64,000 bases of DNA from Desulfobacterales bacterium (GTDB lineage Bacteria; Desulfobacterota; Desulfobacteria; Desulfobacterales; UBA5852): NCBI GenBank assembly GCA_963674755.2, contig CAXXVS010000002.1, positions 1,568,001 through 1,632,000 on the forward strand. The letters run 5' to 3'. The notes under the pieces are model-generated. The model saw nothing but the letters and a program-made list of their open reading frames with translations. It made no database searches and was not told the DNA's origin. Numbering within the stretch: position 1 is the stretch's first letter; every line of letters begins with the position of its first letter. A program made the translations under genes and the position numbers. Positions 29,457 through 40,473 of this stretch are shown one piece after another.

Positions 29457-32066
29457 TCAGGGCCGCCGGGGATGCGCCAACTCCACCAGTTTTCCGCGCG
29501 GCGTCTCATCTTGGGCTTCATCCAGCAGGGCGTACAGTTTGAGATCGCCAAGCATTTCGTCGATGGGCATCAGGTTGAAGGACGTCTGGCAGGCCCGGCG
29601 CGTGGTTTCACCAAGCAGGATCCCATTCGGATAGAAACGGGTCAGGTCCTGCAGCCGGAAGACCGCATTGACCGCATCGCCGATCACCGTATAGTCCATC
29701 TTCTTCTCAAATCCGATATTGCCCACCACCACCTCGCCGGTCAGGATGCTGGTACCGATTTTGATGGCCGTGCCGAAGGCTTTGCGGAAGGCCGGATTGG
29801 CCGTCTCCAGGGCCCGGCGCATCTCGAGGGCGGCGGTCAGCGCATTGTCGGCGTCCTGGGTGCTGGCCACAGGCGCCCCGAAAATGGCCAGAAAACCATC
29901 CCCGAGATATTTATCCACGATGCCGTTGTGCTTGAAAACGATGTCCCCCATGATGGTGAAAAAGCGGTTCAACAGCGAGACGGTTTTCTGGGGCCCGATA
30001 TCTTTCGACAGAAGCGAGAACCCGCGGATATCGAGATTGAGCAGCGTCAGGGTCCGCAGCTCTTCGAAGACGGTCTTGCCCGTCTCGGATCCATGGAGAA
30101 TACGATCCAGCACCTCCTTGGGGACGAATTTTTGGAACATGCGCCGCATACTGCGCTCGTGATCCGCCATGGAAACGGTTTCCCGGTATAAGCGGGCGTT
30201 CTCAATGGCGATGCTGACCGAAGAGGCGATGGACTGGAGCAGGTCTTCGTCACTGGCGGTGAAGTCGCCATTGATTTTATTGAGCACCTCGATCACGCCG
30301 ACCACCCGCCCCTTGGAAATCATGGGCACGCACAGGGCCGAACGGGTCAAAAACCCGGTGGAGCGATCGACTCCGGCGAAAAAATGGGGAGAACGGTTGG
30401 TGTCGTTGACGATGATGGCCTTGCCCTTGGCGGCCACGTATCCGGCAATCCCCTGCCCCAAGCGAATGGGATGGGTCATGTTGGATTTGACCTTGGTGTT
30501 GAAGGCCACGGCAAACTTCAATTCTTCTCCCTTGAGGAACAGGAGGGAGCCGGCTTCCACATTCATGATCACCCGGATCATGTCCATGGTGTATTTCAAC
30601 ACCTGCTTCATATCGAAGGTGGAGGACGCCAGGGCGCTGCCGATCTGTTTGATGCTGCCCAGTTCCCGGTCCCGCTTGTAGACTGCCGCCGAGAGGTTGC
30701 TGCGCTCCATGGCAAAGGCCAGCGTGTTGGCCATCCAACCCATCAACTCCCTGCGATTGCGGAAAAGGTCTTTACCCGGTCCGGTCATCGTCAACAGGCC
30801 CTTGACCGCGCCTTCCATTCGCAACGGGGCCACCAGGCCGCAACCGCTCCCCTTGGGCCCCAGAAGCCGACGTTCGGCAGGGTGCTTGAGCGACGCCAAG
30901 TCTTCCACCACCATCAACGTATCCTGCCGGATCACCCGATCGAAAAGGGTGTCTTGAAAAGGAAAGCTGTTCCCGCGATTGATGCGGCAGGGCCCCGCCG
31001 ACACGATATCGTAAATCACGAGATGACCGGCCCGGTTTTCACTGAGCGTCATGACGGTTGCCAGGCTAAAGGGAATGATGCTCTTGACTTCGGCCAGGAT
31101 GGCCGTCAGCAGCTCTGTATCCCGGAAGCTGGAATTGATGATTTGAAAAATCTTTTCGATGACGTTCAGCTGCTGGGCATGTTGCTTGTTCTGCTCCACC
31201 AGTTGAAGATTTTCATAGGAGAAGGCGGCATTGCTGAGCAACGGTGTGAGGGCCTCGACATCATCGTGGGTATATGTACGGGCGCCATCCCGGCGTGAAA
31301 TCGTGAGCACCCCCACAATGTCTTTCCTGGTTTTGATGGGCATACAGACAAAGGATTTCGTACTGTATTGCGCCAGATTGGCCCGCCCGAAGCGGCTGTC
31401 CCTCTCGACGTCTTCCACAACAAGCGGCGATTTGTTGACCACTGCATATTTGGCAATGCTGGTTTCAAACTCAATGCGGTCGCCGATCTGGATATGCTGT
31501 CCGGTGCCGATGCTGGCTTTGACCGTAAAATAACGGGCATTCGCGTTTTCCAACACCAGCACCGAACCGATATCGGACTTGGTCAGGGAAAGGGCGCGCT
31601 CCAGGGTGACATAGAGGATCTCCTCCGGGTCGAACGTGACATAACAAAGATCGGAGAGTTCCTTTAGAATGGCCATTTCCGAGGCCTTCATCTCCAGTTG
31701 GTGCAAGGTCCGGTCGAATTGACGTTCAATGGCATTGACCGACTGGATAATGTTTTGCAGCTGATTGGCGCCGGTTGCGAGCTGGTCGACATGGAACCCG
31801 GTTACCACCCTCTGGGTCACTTCCTGCGAAACGGCGTGGACTTGGTCAAACAGGCGCCGCAGCATAAAAAAGCCGATCAGCGAAAAGCACAATAAGCCCA
31901 GCAGGAAGTAAATGGTGTATGGATCCCGGAAGAGATCGTATTTATGGACAAGATAGGCGAAGCCCGCCAAGGGCGACAGGAATAACAAACCGAATGCCAG
32001 AATCATTCGGTAGTAAATGTCCTTGTGCTTGAGGGAAAATTTTTGGTACCACCGCAAATCAGGCAT
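29457..32066 (-). CDS. membrane-anchored multi-GAF class III adenylate cyclase
   Basis: Two TM helices, three GAF-like repeats, LDIRGFS, DKYLGDG, DYTVIGDAVN...R. Confidence 0.9.
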   Translation of the reverse strand: MPDLRWYQKFSLKHKDIYYRMILAFGLLFLSPLAGFAYLVHKYDLFRDPYTIYFLLGLLCFSLIGFFMLRRLFDQVHAVSQEVTQRVVTGFHVDQLATGANQLQNIIQSVNAIERQFDRTLHQLEMKASEMAILKELSDLCYVTFDPEEILYVTLERALSLTKSDIGSVLVLENANARYFTVKASIGTGQHIQIGDRIEFETSIAKYAVVNKSPLVVEDVERDSRFGRANLAQYSTKSFVCMPIKTRKDIVGVLTISRRDGARTYTHDDVEALTPLLSNAAFSYENLQLVEQNKQHAQQLNVIEKIFQIINSSFRDTELLTAILAEVKSIIPFSLATVMTLSENRAGHLVIYDIVSAGPCRINRGNSFPFQDTLFDRVIRQDTLMVVEDLASLKHPAERRLLGPKGSGCGLVAPLRMEGAVKGLLTMTGPGKDLFRNRRELMGWMANTLAFAMERSNLSAAVYKRDRELGSIKQIGSALASSTFDMKQVLKYTMDMIRVIMNVEAGSLLFLKGEELKFAVAFNTKVKSNMTHPIRLGQGIAGYVAAKGKAIIVNDTNRSPHFFAGVDRSTGFLTRSALCVPMISKGRVVGVIEVLNKINGDFTASDEDLLQSIASSVSIAIENARLYRETVSMADHERSMRRMFQKFVPKEVLDRILHGSETGKTVFEELRTLTLLNLDIRGFSLLSKDIGPQKTVSLLNRFFTIMGDIVFKHNGIVDKYLGDGFLAIFGAPVASTQDADNALTAALEMRRALETANPAFRKAFGTAIKIGTSILTGEVVVGNIGFEKKMDYTVIGDAVNAVFRLQDLTRFYPNGILLGETTRRACQTSFNLMPIDEMLGDLKLYALLDEAQDETPRGKLVELAHPRRP

Positions 32067-32203
32067 GTGGCCACCTCCCGTCAGAGGACTAAGATGGAGC
32101 GGCGCCGCTCATTCCCTTCGCCGCCTGATGCCCCGGTCAGGCACCCTGCTGTAAGGCCGCGAGCGGACCGAAACCGGGTGAAGCCTTGTCGCAGCCGTTT
32201 TTT

Positions 32204-33493
32204 TTAAGATGACAAGCCCGCCAACGCGGCATCCGCCGCGGCAATGGTTTGATCGATGGCGGCCTCGTCGTGCGCCAGGGAGACAAAGCCGGCTTCGAAC
32301 TGGGACGGCGCCAGGTACACCCCACCCTCCAGCATGGAACGGTAGTATCGGGCAAACGCCTCCAGGTCGCTTCGTTTGGCAGCGGCAAAATCCGTCACCT
32401 GTTGGGCGGTAAAGAACATGCCGAGCATGGACCCGACCCTGTTGAAGGACACCGGCACCCCATGCCGCCGGGCTGCCGCGGCAAGTCCTTCGGCCAGGCG
32501 GCGCGAACGGTCTTCCAGCGTTTCATAGACGCCCGGCTGCCTGAGCTGCTCAAGGGTGGCCAGCCCGGCGGCCATGGCCACCGGATTGCCGGAAAGGGTC
32601 CCCGCCTGGTAGACCGACCCCTCGGGCGCGATCTGGGACATGACGTCCTTCCGGCCCCCATAGGCCCCCACCGGCATGCCGCCCCCGATAATCTTGCCGA
32701 AGCAGGTCAAATCCGGACGAATGCCGTACAAACTCTGGGCGCCGCCGTAGGCCACGCGGAAACCGCACATGACCTCGTCAAAAATCAGGAGACTGCCGTA
32801 TTGCCGGGTAAGCTCGCGCAAGGTTTCCAGGAAACCGGGTCCGGGGGGCACCATGCCCATATTCCCCGCCACAGGTTCCACGATAATGGCCGCCACCGCC
32901 GCGCCCTTGTCCGCCATGACCGCTTTTACCGTCTCGATATCGTTGTAAGGCAGCGACAGAGTATGCTGCACGACCGAAGCGGGCACCCCCGGACTGCCGG
33001 GGATGTTCAGGGTCGCCACCCCCGAACCGGCATCCACCAGCAAGGTGTCGGCATGGCCATGATAGCAGCCATCGAATTTAATGATCAGATCCCGCCCTGT
33101 CACGCCCCGCGCAAGGCGAATGGCGCTCATGGTGGCCTCGGTGCCGGAGTTGACCATCCGCACCATTTCGACCGAGGCCACCGCCTCCACCACCCGGTTG
33201 GCAAGCGCCAGTTCCAGGTCGGTCGGCGCCCCGAAACTGATCCCCCGCGCCAGCACCTCCGTTATGGCCTGGATGACCGCCGGATGACGGTGCCCCAGGA
33301 TCATCGGCCCCCAGGAGCCCACGTAATCGATATAAGCGTTGCCGTCGGCATCAAACAGGCGGCAACCCTCGGCGCGCTGAATAAAACGCGGCTCAATACC
33401 AACGGCTTTGCAGGCCCTGACCGGGCTGTTGACCCCGCCGGGAATGACCTTTTTGGAATCCTGGAAAAGAGCCGCCGAACGATCTGTTTTCAT
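32204..33493 (-). CDS. hemL: glutamate-1-semialdehyde 2,1-aminomutase
   Basis: [44 protein letters not shown]. Confidence 0.97.
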   Translation of the reverse strand: MKTDRSAALFQDSKKVIPGGVNSPVRACKAVGIEPRFIQRAEGCRLFDADGNAYIDYVGSWGPMILGHRHPAVIQAITEVLARGISFGAPTDLELALANRVVEAVASVEMVRMVNSGTEATMSAIRLARGVTGRDLIIKFDGCYHGHADTLLVDAGSGVATLNIPGSPGVPASVVQHTLSLPYNDIETVKAVMADKGAAVAAIIVEPVAGNMGMVPPGPGFLETLRELTRQYGSLLIFDEVMCGFRVAYGGAQSLYGIRPDLTCFGKIIGGGMPVGAYGGRKDVMSQIAPEGSVYQAGTLSGNPVAMAAGLATLEQLRQPGVYETLEDRSRRLAEGLAAAARRHGVPVSFNRVGSMLGMFFTAQQVTDFAAAKRSDLEAFARYYRSMLEGGVYLAPSQFEAGFVSLAHDEAAIDQTIAAADAALAGLSS

Positions 33494-33655
33494 AGTCACA
33501 AATCCTTGCTGGGTAAGGGCTGCCATGGGCCGGGAGCCCGGGGTCTTGCCGGAATGACGCGACCGGGCAACAGGCCGTGCGGGTCTGGCCATCGGATCGG
33601 CATTTTTCCTGAACGATCTCCGGCAACCCCTTGACAGTCGATGAAAATAACCGCA

Positions 33656-33684
33656 TTGACAGGTGTATCAGTGCCCGCTAGCAT
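33656..33684 (+). promoter_or_regulatory. sigma70 promoter
   Basis: TTGACA-17-TAGCAT. Confidence 0.55.
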
Positions 33685-33870
33685 GTGCCGATAATGATGC
33701 CGGCAACCTCAGGACGAGCGTGTGCGAAGAGAGCCACAATCGCAGACCGTTGCAGGACGGCTGCCGTGTTGGACTGGCCACAACGGCCGAAAAATAGCAA
33801 ATCCCATCTTCGGGGTCAAGCAAGCTCGCCCATTCATGGGCAAACGGCTCAAGGCCCTCGGGAACCCGTC

Positions 33871-34623
33871 ATGGACAGCAAAAAAATCGCGCAGTTGGCC
33901 CGCTTCCTTCAATACGTGATCGGAAGGCATCCCGACGAATTTGGCATGGTGACCGACGCCCAGGGCTTCATGCCGGTCAGCGACGTTTTGAAGGTCCTCC
34001 ACAGTGAAGGCTGGTCGCAGGTGCGCCGCCGCCATCTGGAAACCCTCGATTTTCATCTGGGGAAACCGACCCTCGAAATCCGGGATCATCTTCTGCGGGT
34101 CCGGGACCGATCGCGCCTGGTGCAACACCGGGAGGCGACCGATCTTCCCAAGCTGCTGCACGTTCCCGTCCGGCGCCGCGCTTATGAGAGCGTCCTTCAG
34201 CATGGGCTGCGCCCCCAGGGGCATACCGGACAGGTGGTGCTCTTTGCCGACCCGGTCCTGGCCCGAAGCGTGGGGCAACGACGCGATCTCCAGCCCATCA
34301 TCGTGACGGTGAACGTCCAGGCGGCCTGCGAGCAGGGCGCCGGGTTCCAACAATTCGGCGAGAGCATTTTTTTGGCGGACCGCCTGCCGTCGACCTGCTG
34401 CCGCCTGCCGCGCCCACCCAAAACCCCTCGTCCGCGTGAAGTCGAACAAGACTTGCCCGCACCGGTGCCCAAGACCCCCGGAAGCTTCATCCTCACTATG
34501 GATCCGTTCGGTGACCCGTCCCCTGGCCAAAAATCGGAGAAACGCCGACACGCTTCCAAGGACTGGAAAAAGGAGCGCCGCAGGGCGCGCCGCTGGAAGG
34601 AAAATCAAACCAAAACACAGTGA
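33871..34623 (+). CDS. RNA 2'-phosphotransferase (KptA/Tpt1)-like protein, degenerate
   Basis: GRHPDEFGMVTDAQGF N-terminal domain; KptA-like C-terminal domain layout. Confidence 0.75.
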   Translation: MDSKKIAQLARFLQYVIGRHPDEFGMVTDAQGFMPVSDVLKVLHSEGWSQVRRRHLETLDFHLGKPTLEIRDHLLRVRDRSRLVQHREATDLPKLLHVPVRRRAYESVLQHGLRPQGHTGQVVLFADPVLARSVGQRRDLQPIIVTVNVQAACEQGAGFQQFGESIFLADRLPSTCCRLPRPPKTPRPREVEQDLPAPVPKTPGSFILTMDPFGDPSPGQKSEKRRHASKDWKKERRRARRWKENQTKTQ

Positions 34624-34715
34624 CCCGATGCCGATGGAATTCCCCCAAAAAGCGTTTGACAAGCCCCGGCAAAGCTGGTACGAAGCACACCCGATTGTCG
34701 ACCGGCATTCGATCC

Positions 34716-34792
34716 GGGCCGTTAGCTCAACTAGGCAGAGCACCTGACTCTTAATCAGTAGGTTGAAGGTTCGATTCCTTCACGGCCCACCA
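34716..34792 (+). tRNA. tRNA-Lys(CTT)
   Basis: GGGCCGTTAGCTCAA...CTGA-CTCTTAA-TCAG...GGTTCGATTCC...CCCACCA; TTGACA promoter at 34656. Confidence 0.97.
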
Positions 34793-34803
34793 AGTAAAAA
34801 AAG

Positions 34804-34843
34804 AAGGGTTCTAGGGATAACGCCTTGGAACCCTTTAGTTTTT
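34804..34843 (+). terminator. intrinsic terminator of tRNA-Lys
   Basis: AAGGGTTC...GAACCCTT stem followed by a T-rich tail. Confidence 0.7.
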
Positions 34844-35176
34844 ATGGGGGCCTCCGCAGGCCACTCGCTTACAAATCAGGACATCCGGGTGGGTCTGACG
34901 GGATCCGGTGTGACCGATTCCCCCCGGATGTGGCTGTTGGAATTGGTCACCGGCTTTTTACCCCGGATCGGCATCCTTCAGGCGCAATAAATCCTCGCGG
35001 ATCGGCCCTAGGTGCTGATAGGCTGCAGATGGCTCGCCAGGATCCACCCGAAGGCCTTGGAAAAGATGCAAAAAGGGGTTGAATTCCCCTTCCCGGCCCT
35101 GCTAAATTCCATCCTGTGACGGTTACGAGTCTTATTACGGCAAATTGCAATCGGAAAACCATCATCAAACACAATC

Positions 35177-35491
35177 ATGCCTGTTTACGAATACCAACAT
35201 ATCCAACAGCCCTGCCGGCTGGGAGCGATTTTCGAAGTCCAGCAATCCATAAGCGAGCGCGCGCTGACATCCTGCCCGGAATGCGGCCAGCCGGTTAAAA
35301 AGCTGATCTCGCGTTCAAATATCAGCACACCCCGCTCCAATGCGGAGTTGAAAGATATGGGGTTCACCAAGCTCGTGAAACGTGATGACGGCGTCTATGA
35401 GAATGTCACCGCCCGGGGCGACGACAGCCGCTACGTCCTGCGGGACAAGCCCGAAACCCTCCCTAATCTGAAAAAAACCATTCGCGACTGA
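35177..35491 (+). CDS. FmdB family zinc-ribbon protein
   Basis: MPVYEY...CPECG...KKLIS. Confidence 0.88.
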   Translation: MPVYEYQHIQQPCRLGAIFEVQQSISERALTSCPECGQPVKKLISRSNISTPRSNAELKDMGFTKLVKRDDGVYENVTARGDDSRYVLRDKPETLPNLKKTIRD

Positions 35492-35613
35492 CGGTCAGTG
35501 ACGACCAGTCATGGCAAACCTCTCCAACCGGGTGCGTGCTATTAACAGCGCGCTTTTCCTCTCCTTTAGCGAGTGAGCATGGCAAGCCGCTTCACTTCCG
35601 GAGTCCAAATTCA

Positions 35614-36549
35614 ATGAAATTCAGGGATACGACAACCGTAAGGGCCAACTGGCGTGTTGTGGGCGGCGGCCTTGCGGTGTTGTTGTCGGCCATCTGTTTC
35701 TACCTCTCGACGGCCACGATCCGTTGGGCTCAAATCCGGGGAATTCACCCGGCCCCCTCCTTCTATGTTTTGACCCGACTGCTGCTCGGGTTTGTGATCG
35801 TCACCGCGCTGCTCGGCATTCGAAGGCGCTCACCGCGCCCTAAAAAATACGCCTTGCTGATTGGTCGGGCCGTGGCCAACAGTGTGGCGGTCTATTGCTT
35901 TTATCAGGCCGTGCAAACCACCACCGTGTCCCATGCCAACATCCTCAACATGACATACCCGATCTTCGTGGCGCTGATCACGTGGGGGTTTTTGCCGGAG
36001 CAGCGCGACAGACGCATGATGATCGCCCTTGGGGCGGCATTTGCGGGGATCGTCCTCATCCTCTATCCCGCGCAGATGACGTTCAACCACAATCACCTTT
36101 GGGGGATAGGCTCCGCCATCAGCGCCGCACTGGCGATCGTATGCCTCAATCTCAGCCGCAAGGTGCACGATTCGGAGACCGTTCTGTTTTACATGTTCGG
36201 CATCGGATCCCTGATCATCTATGCCGGATTCCATCAGCACATGGTCATTCATCAAGCGGGCGACGTGATCTATCTGCTCACTTGCGGCGCATTCGGCATT
36301 GCCGGTCAATACCTCATCACCCTGGGCTTCCGCTATGTCTCCGCTGTGGAGGGCAGCATCATATCCTCTACCCGAATTCTGATAGCGGCTTTTATCGGCC
36401 CCCTGATCGCCATCGATCCCGCCCTCACCACACGGGGCTGGTTGGGCGCCCTCCTAATTTTCATGGCCAATGTTTACCTGGCCGTCCACAAGACAAACCA
36501 AGGGAGGAATCAGGCGAAACGCCAATTGCGACAAGTGAAAGGGAGATGA
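35614..36549 (+). CDS. DMT/EamA family transporter
   Basis: About 10 TM segments in two EamA-like halves. Confidence 0.85.
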   Translation: MKFRDTTTVRANWRVVGGGLAVLLSAICFYLSTATIRWAQIRGIHPAPSFYVLTRLLLGFVIVTALLGIRRRSPRPKKYALLIGRAVANSVAVYCFYQAVQTTTVSHANILNMTYPIFVALITWGFLPEQRDRRMMIALGAAFAGIVLILYPAQMTFNHNHLWGIGSAISAALAIVCLNLSRKVHDSETVLFYMFGIGSLIIYAGFHQHMVIHQAGDVIYLLTCGAFGIAGQYLITLGFRYVSAVEGSIISSTRILIAAFIGPLIAIDPALTTRGWLGALLIFMANVYLAVHKTNQGRNQAKRQLRQVKGR

Positions 36550-36580
36550 CCGGATACCGTCGGATGGATTGCAGGGACTA

Positions 36581-37102
36581 TTATTTTCCCTTCGTTGGCA
36601 GCACGCGATAGTGAAGGCAAACCCGTTCGGCATCAAGCTGGATGGTCCGATAAAGCGCCAGGTCCGCGCTGATGCCGTCTTCGAACATGGCAATCCCACG
36701 GCCGAAAACCATGGGGGTGATGGTTACCAGAATTTCGTCGATCAAGCCGGCCTGGGCAAAAAGGGTGTTGATGCGCGCGCCGCCCGCCAGGATGACCCGC
36801 CCAAACCCCTCTTGTTCAAGATTGCTCAGGATATCCGCCGGGGCAAGGCTGGTGTAGACGAGATTTTCCCATTGCGAAACCCGCCTGGAATCACTCGTCA
36901 TCACGACATTGCGTCGTCCCGGCAGCGGCCGGCCGATGGTATCGAAGGTTTTGGACCCCATGATGACAACGCCGGCACGACGTGTTTCGCGCACAAAGAG
37001 CTGCTTATCGGCCCGGCCCGTCCAATCAGGAAAATGGTCGGCATGCCGTGCAATTTTCCCGTCCAACGTCTGGGCCATCAGCAAAATGGTTTTAATCGCC
37101 AT
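36581..37102 (-). CDS. dihydrofolate reductase family protein
   Basis: MAQTLDGKIA, IMGSKTF, RPLPGRRNVV, LAGGARIN. Confidence 0.9.
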   Translation of the reverse strand: MAIKTILLMAQTLDGKIARHADHFPDWTGRADKQLFVRETRRAGVVIMGSKTFDTIGRPLPGRRNVVMTSDSRRVSQWENLVYTSLAPADILSNLEQEGFGRVILAGGARINTLFAQAGLIDEILVTITPMVFGRGIAMFEDGISADLALYRTIQLDAERVCLHYRVLPTKGK

Positions 37103-37406
37103 CCCATCCTCCCCTATGTTTGCCATAATCATCTGATCCCGGCGATAGCCCCCTAGCCAGGGGCCTCCCCTCCTCAAAAGGCAGCGACATCTTCCTCGTA
37201 ATGATCGCGGGCGAAAAATAATGGCACGTCCATGAACGCCGGTCTTCCCGCCGTCTGCGTCTCCATAGCCAGAGCCCCCCAATCCCATGCACGCTTTTCG
37301 AAAACCGGCGGTATGGAGAAACGCCGTACTCACTGTGTAAAATATTTCCTATAATTCACTACCGAATGCCTTGGTTATCCTATCGTCAATCCCCGCAAAT
37401 ACGATA

Positions 37407-37465
37407 TAACCATTTGATATTTTTTCATTAATATAAAACTAACACATCATGGCATACAGTTTGCT
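37407..37465 (+). promoter_or_regulatory. sigma54 promoter with IHF site
   Basis: TGGCATACAGTTTGCT (GG-N10-GC) at 37450-37465; IHF consensus TATCAAATGGTTA on the minus strand at 37407-37419. Confidence 0.75.
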
Positions 37466-37560
37466 GTATAGAACCATAAATTTATAACAGATGGTATACC
37501 ACAGGCGTTTGGACAGTGAAATGATGACAAAGCCTGAGCCTTTTTGTGGGAGATTTGAAA

Positions 37561-37764
37561 ATGCGTAAATGCTTCCTTGTCATATGCATGCTGCTATTCA
37601 TGCTGATCCTGATGGGTTCGGCATCTGCCGATTGGTTCTCTGCGACATTGCCCACCAGATCGCTTCTCTCCGAACACACCGCCCTTATCGGGTTGGGTGC
37701 CGCCATGGTCGCTTTGGGCGCCTATGGACGGCGGGCCCTATCCAAAGACCGCTCCCAAAACTAA
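37561..37764 (+). CDS. tiny exported protein with a PEP-CTERM-like C-terminal anchor
   Basis: Signal peptide ending ASA, then LSEHTALIGLGAAMVALGAYGRR. Confidence 0.6.
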   Translation: MRKCFLVICMLLFMLILMGSASADWFSATLPTRSLLSEHTALIGLGAAMVALGAYGRRALSKDRSQN

Positions 37765-38972
37765 CCCCCCCGGCGGCCATCGCTCGTGATGGCCTGCCCG
37801 ATATGGTGCGCCGCCGTTTGGGCGCCATCCAGCCTTATCCCCGGATGCGGTTGGGATGCGGATTCAAGTTGCCGCCGCAACAGCGTCTCCAGGTTGTCCG
37901 GATTCGCCTCAGTCTCATTGATTGCCTGGAGTTGGTCCGCAAGTGAGGCTCTGAGGCGGCGGACATGGATTTGCTGCTCCTGATCCTGCATACCACGCAA
38001 CACAACCAGGCCGGGACGCCCCGCGTACAACAAGTCGGTCAAGCTATTGTACCCCCCATAGATAACCGCCATGCGGGATCGCATTAGCGCGTGCAGGTAA
38101 GCCTCTCCGGGCTCGAACACGCGACAATGGGGCAGTCGGCGGAGCTTCTCAAAAACGTTACGCATCGCAACGCCTTCACCGGAGCGCCCCAGGAAAAAAT
38201 ACCATTGGCCGACCGCGGATCCGATCCTTTCGATTGATCGAATCAGGGCCTCCAGAAAAACGGCGCTGTGTTCACCGATCCAGGGTATGGAAACCGTTCC
38301 CGCCAGTAAAGGGGCGCCGGCGGACCGCTCCGGAGGGCTCACATGGCGCCATTCCGCCAAACGGGAAACATAGCCGGTGGCCGTCGGTATGCGACCGAAT
38401 TGCTGCGCTAGTTGCTTTGGCATGGCGTCCCCCAGCACCGCCGGATCGCCATACCACAAGATATCCGTATAAAATTTTTGAAAGGTCTCGGTGGCCATTT
38501 CCGACCAGACCCCTTTCACATCGCCAATCACGCCCCGCAGTCCCAGCATCCAGCGGGTAGCCCCATCCGATGCCGAGGCGGTCAGGGCAGGCAGCAACTC
38601 GCGATGCTTGCCCTGGGGCATGTGGTCGCTTAGGGCGCAACGGGGACGCAGGCGGGCCACCAAATCCTGCAAGATGCCGGCACGAAGCGTCCCCAGTTCC
38701 TGATCGGAAAGATTGCTGGTGCCGCGGCACCCCCGGGAGACACCGTCGGCAACGCGGGTTTCATAGGACGGCAGCTTGATCCAGTCCAAGCGACCCTCCC
38801 CGATGAGATCGGCCGTCTTCTTCAGGCCTGTTACGAACAGCACCCGCAGATCGGGAAACAGCCGCCGGACCGCCAGACCGATGGCCACACTGCGGCTGGC
38901 ATGGCCCAGGCCACGGCCATCATGGGCATAAATAAGGAGATCCAGGCATTGCATTTCGGGTTTGGGGGGCAT
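37761..38972 (-). CDS. predicted glycosyltransferase (COG4671-like)
   Basis: IYAHDGRGLGHASR, IKLPSY, YGGYNS, EQ motif. Confidence 0.85.
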   Translation of the reverse strand: MPPKPEMQCLDLLIYAHDGRGLGHASRSVAIGLAVRRLFPDLRVLFVTGLKKTADLIGEGRLDWIKLPSYETRVADGVSRGCRGTSNLSDQELGTLRAGILQDLVARLRPRCALSDHMPQGKHRELLPALTASASDGATRWMLGLRGVIGDVKGVWSEMATETFQKFYTDILWYGDPAVLGDAMPKQLAQQFGRIPTATGYVSRLAEWRHVSPPERSAGAPLLAGTVSIPWIGEHSAVFLEALIRSIERIGSAVGQWYFFLGRSGEGVAMRNVFEKLRRLPHCRVFEPGEAYLHALMRSRMAVIYGGYNSLTDLLYAGRPGLVVLRGMQDQEQQIHVRRLRASLADQLQAINETEANPDNLETLLRRQLESASQPHPGIRLDGAQTAAHHIGQAITSDGRRGG

Positions 38973-39262
38973 GATAAGGCAATTCGCATCAGGGGTTGAC
39001 CGGCAGTTTACTTTTAAATGGTGATGCCCTAAATAGCAATAGCATCCGTGGGCGCCTCCTTTAGCCGTCTGCCAGCGGTCCGGGTGAATCGATCCGGGAA
39101 AAGCGTGGCGCCACTGGATCTTGCCTGTGCGGGGCGCGGGGGACGGGGGCTTGCCCCACGCGGCGCCTGGACGCTGCAGGGCCGGCCATCCCAGCACATG
39201 TTTCAGGATGCCAGGCAGATCGGGACACCAGCTCAAACCTCATCAGGAAAACGAGATCAATC

Positions 39263-40399
39263 TTGCGGATCGCCTTCTACATGCCGTTTAAGCCGCTCGG
39301 CCACCCCCACCCTTCCGGCGACCTGATCATCGGCTCCGAACTGTTCCGGTTTCTGCGGCAACGCGGCCATGACGTGCGTCTTGTCAGCCGGCTGCGGACG
39401 CGCTGGATTTTCTGGAAACCGTGGCAGTGGGTTCGCATCCCCCTGGAAATCGCCCGTGCCCGACGGTTGATGCACCGCTTCCGCCCCCATGTTTGGCTGA
39501 CCTATCATTCCTATTACAAGGCGCCCGATGTGCTGGGGGCGGTCTGCGCCCCATTCGGCCGCGTACCCTATGCGATTTTCCAGGGGGTGTATGCCACCAA
39601 ACGGCGCCGCCAACTGAAAACCAAACCCGGGTTTTACATTAACCGCTATGGGTTGCAGCGCGCGGACGCGGTTTTTACCAACAAACGGCGTGACGAAATC
39701 AACCTGCGGCGTCTCCTGCCCGGGGATCGATTGCACTATATTGCCCCGGGCATTTTTCTGGGCCGTTTTCAGGCCGCACAGACCGAAGGCCTCACGCAAA
39801 AAAATGGGCCGGATAAAGACGGCACGCCCGTCATCCTCACGGTTGCCATGTTCCGACCCGGCGTAAAGGCCGACGGCATCGCACGCGTTATTCGCGCCTG
39901 CGGTGGAGCAGCCCGCAGGGGCTGCCGCTTTCGGCTGGTCGTCTGCGGCGACGGCCCCCTGCGACATTATCTGGAGCGGCTGACGGTCGAGGAACGACTG
40001 GAAGGCCGCGTTCAATTTACGGGCCAAACCCCACGGGATCGGATGCCCCATGTGTATCGCGGTGCCGATGTGTTTGCCTTTCCCGGCATTGAGGAGGGAT
40101 TGGGGATGGTCTATCTCGAGGCCCAGGCCATGGGGCTGCCGGTGGTGGCCTGCTCAGGCTGGGGCGCGTCCGAAGTGGTGCGCCACAATCAAACCGGCTT
40201 GTTGAGTACCCCGGAAGACGGGCAGCAGTTCGAGGATCATCTCGTGCATCTGATCACGGATGGTGACCTGCGACGCCAAATGGGGACCGCCGCAGCCCGC
40301 CATGTGGCCCGGCATCATGATCTGGAACGCAACTACCAGGATCTCGAGGCCCAGCTCGAACGACTGGCCGCGCACGCCCCAGGCGGACCGATCGGATAG
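39263..40399 (+). CDS. GT4 glycosyltransferase
   Basis: MRIAFYMPFKPLGHPHPSGD, EGLGMVYLEAQAMGLPVV. Confidence 0.92.
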   Translation: MRIAFYMPFKPLGHPHPSGDLIIGSELFRFLRQRGHDVRLVSRLRTRWIFWKPWQWVRIPLEIARARRLMHRFRPHVWLTYHSYYKAPDVLGAVCAPFGRVPYAIFQGVYATKRRRQLKTKPGFYINRYGLQRADAVFTNKRRDEINLRRLLPGDRLHYIAPGIFLGRFQAAQTEGLTQKNGPDKDGTPVILTVAMFRPGVKADGIARVIRACGGAARRGCRFRLVVCGDGPLRHYLERLTVEERLEGRVQFTGQTPRDRMPHVYRGADVFAFPGIEEGLGMVYLEAQAMGLPVVACSGWGASEVVRHNQTGLLSTPEDGQQFEDHLVHLITDGDLRRQMGTAAARHVARHHDLERNYQDLEAQLERLAAHAPGGPIG

Positions 40400-40473
40400 A
40401 CGGGCAATGATGCAAGCGGGACGCCACCCGGCGGCCGATCGTGGCGAAAGCATACGGAGGCCGGGACGCGGGG

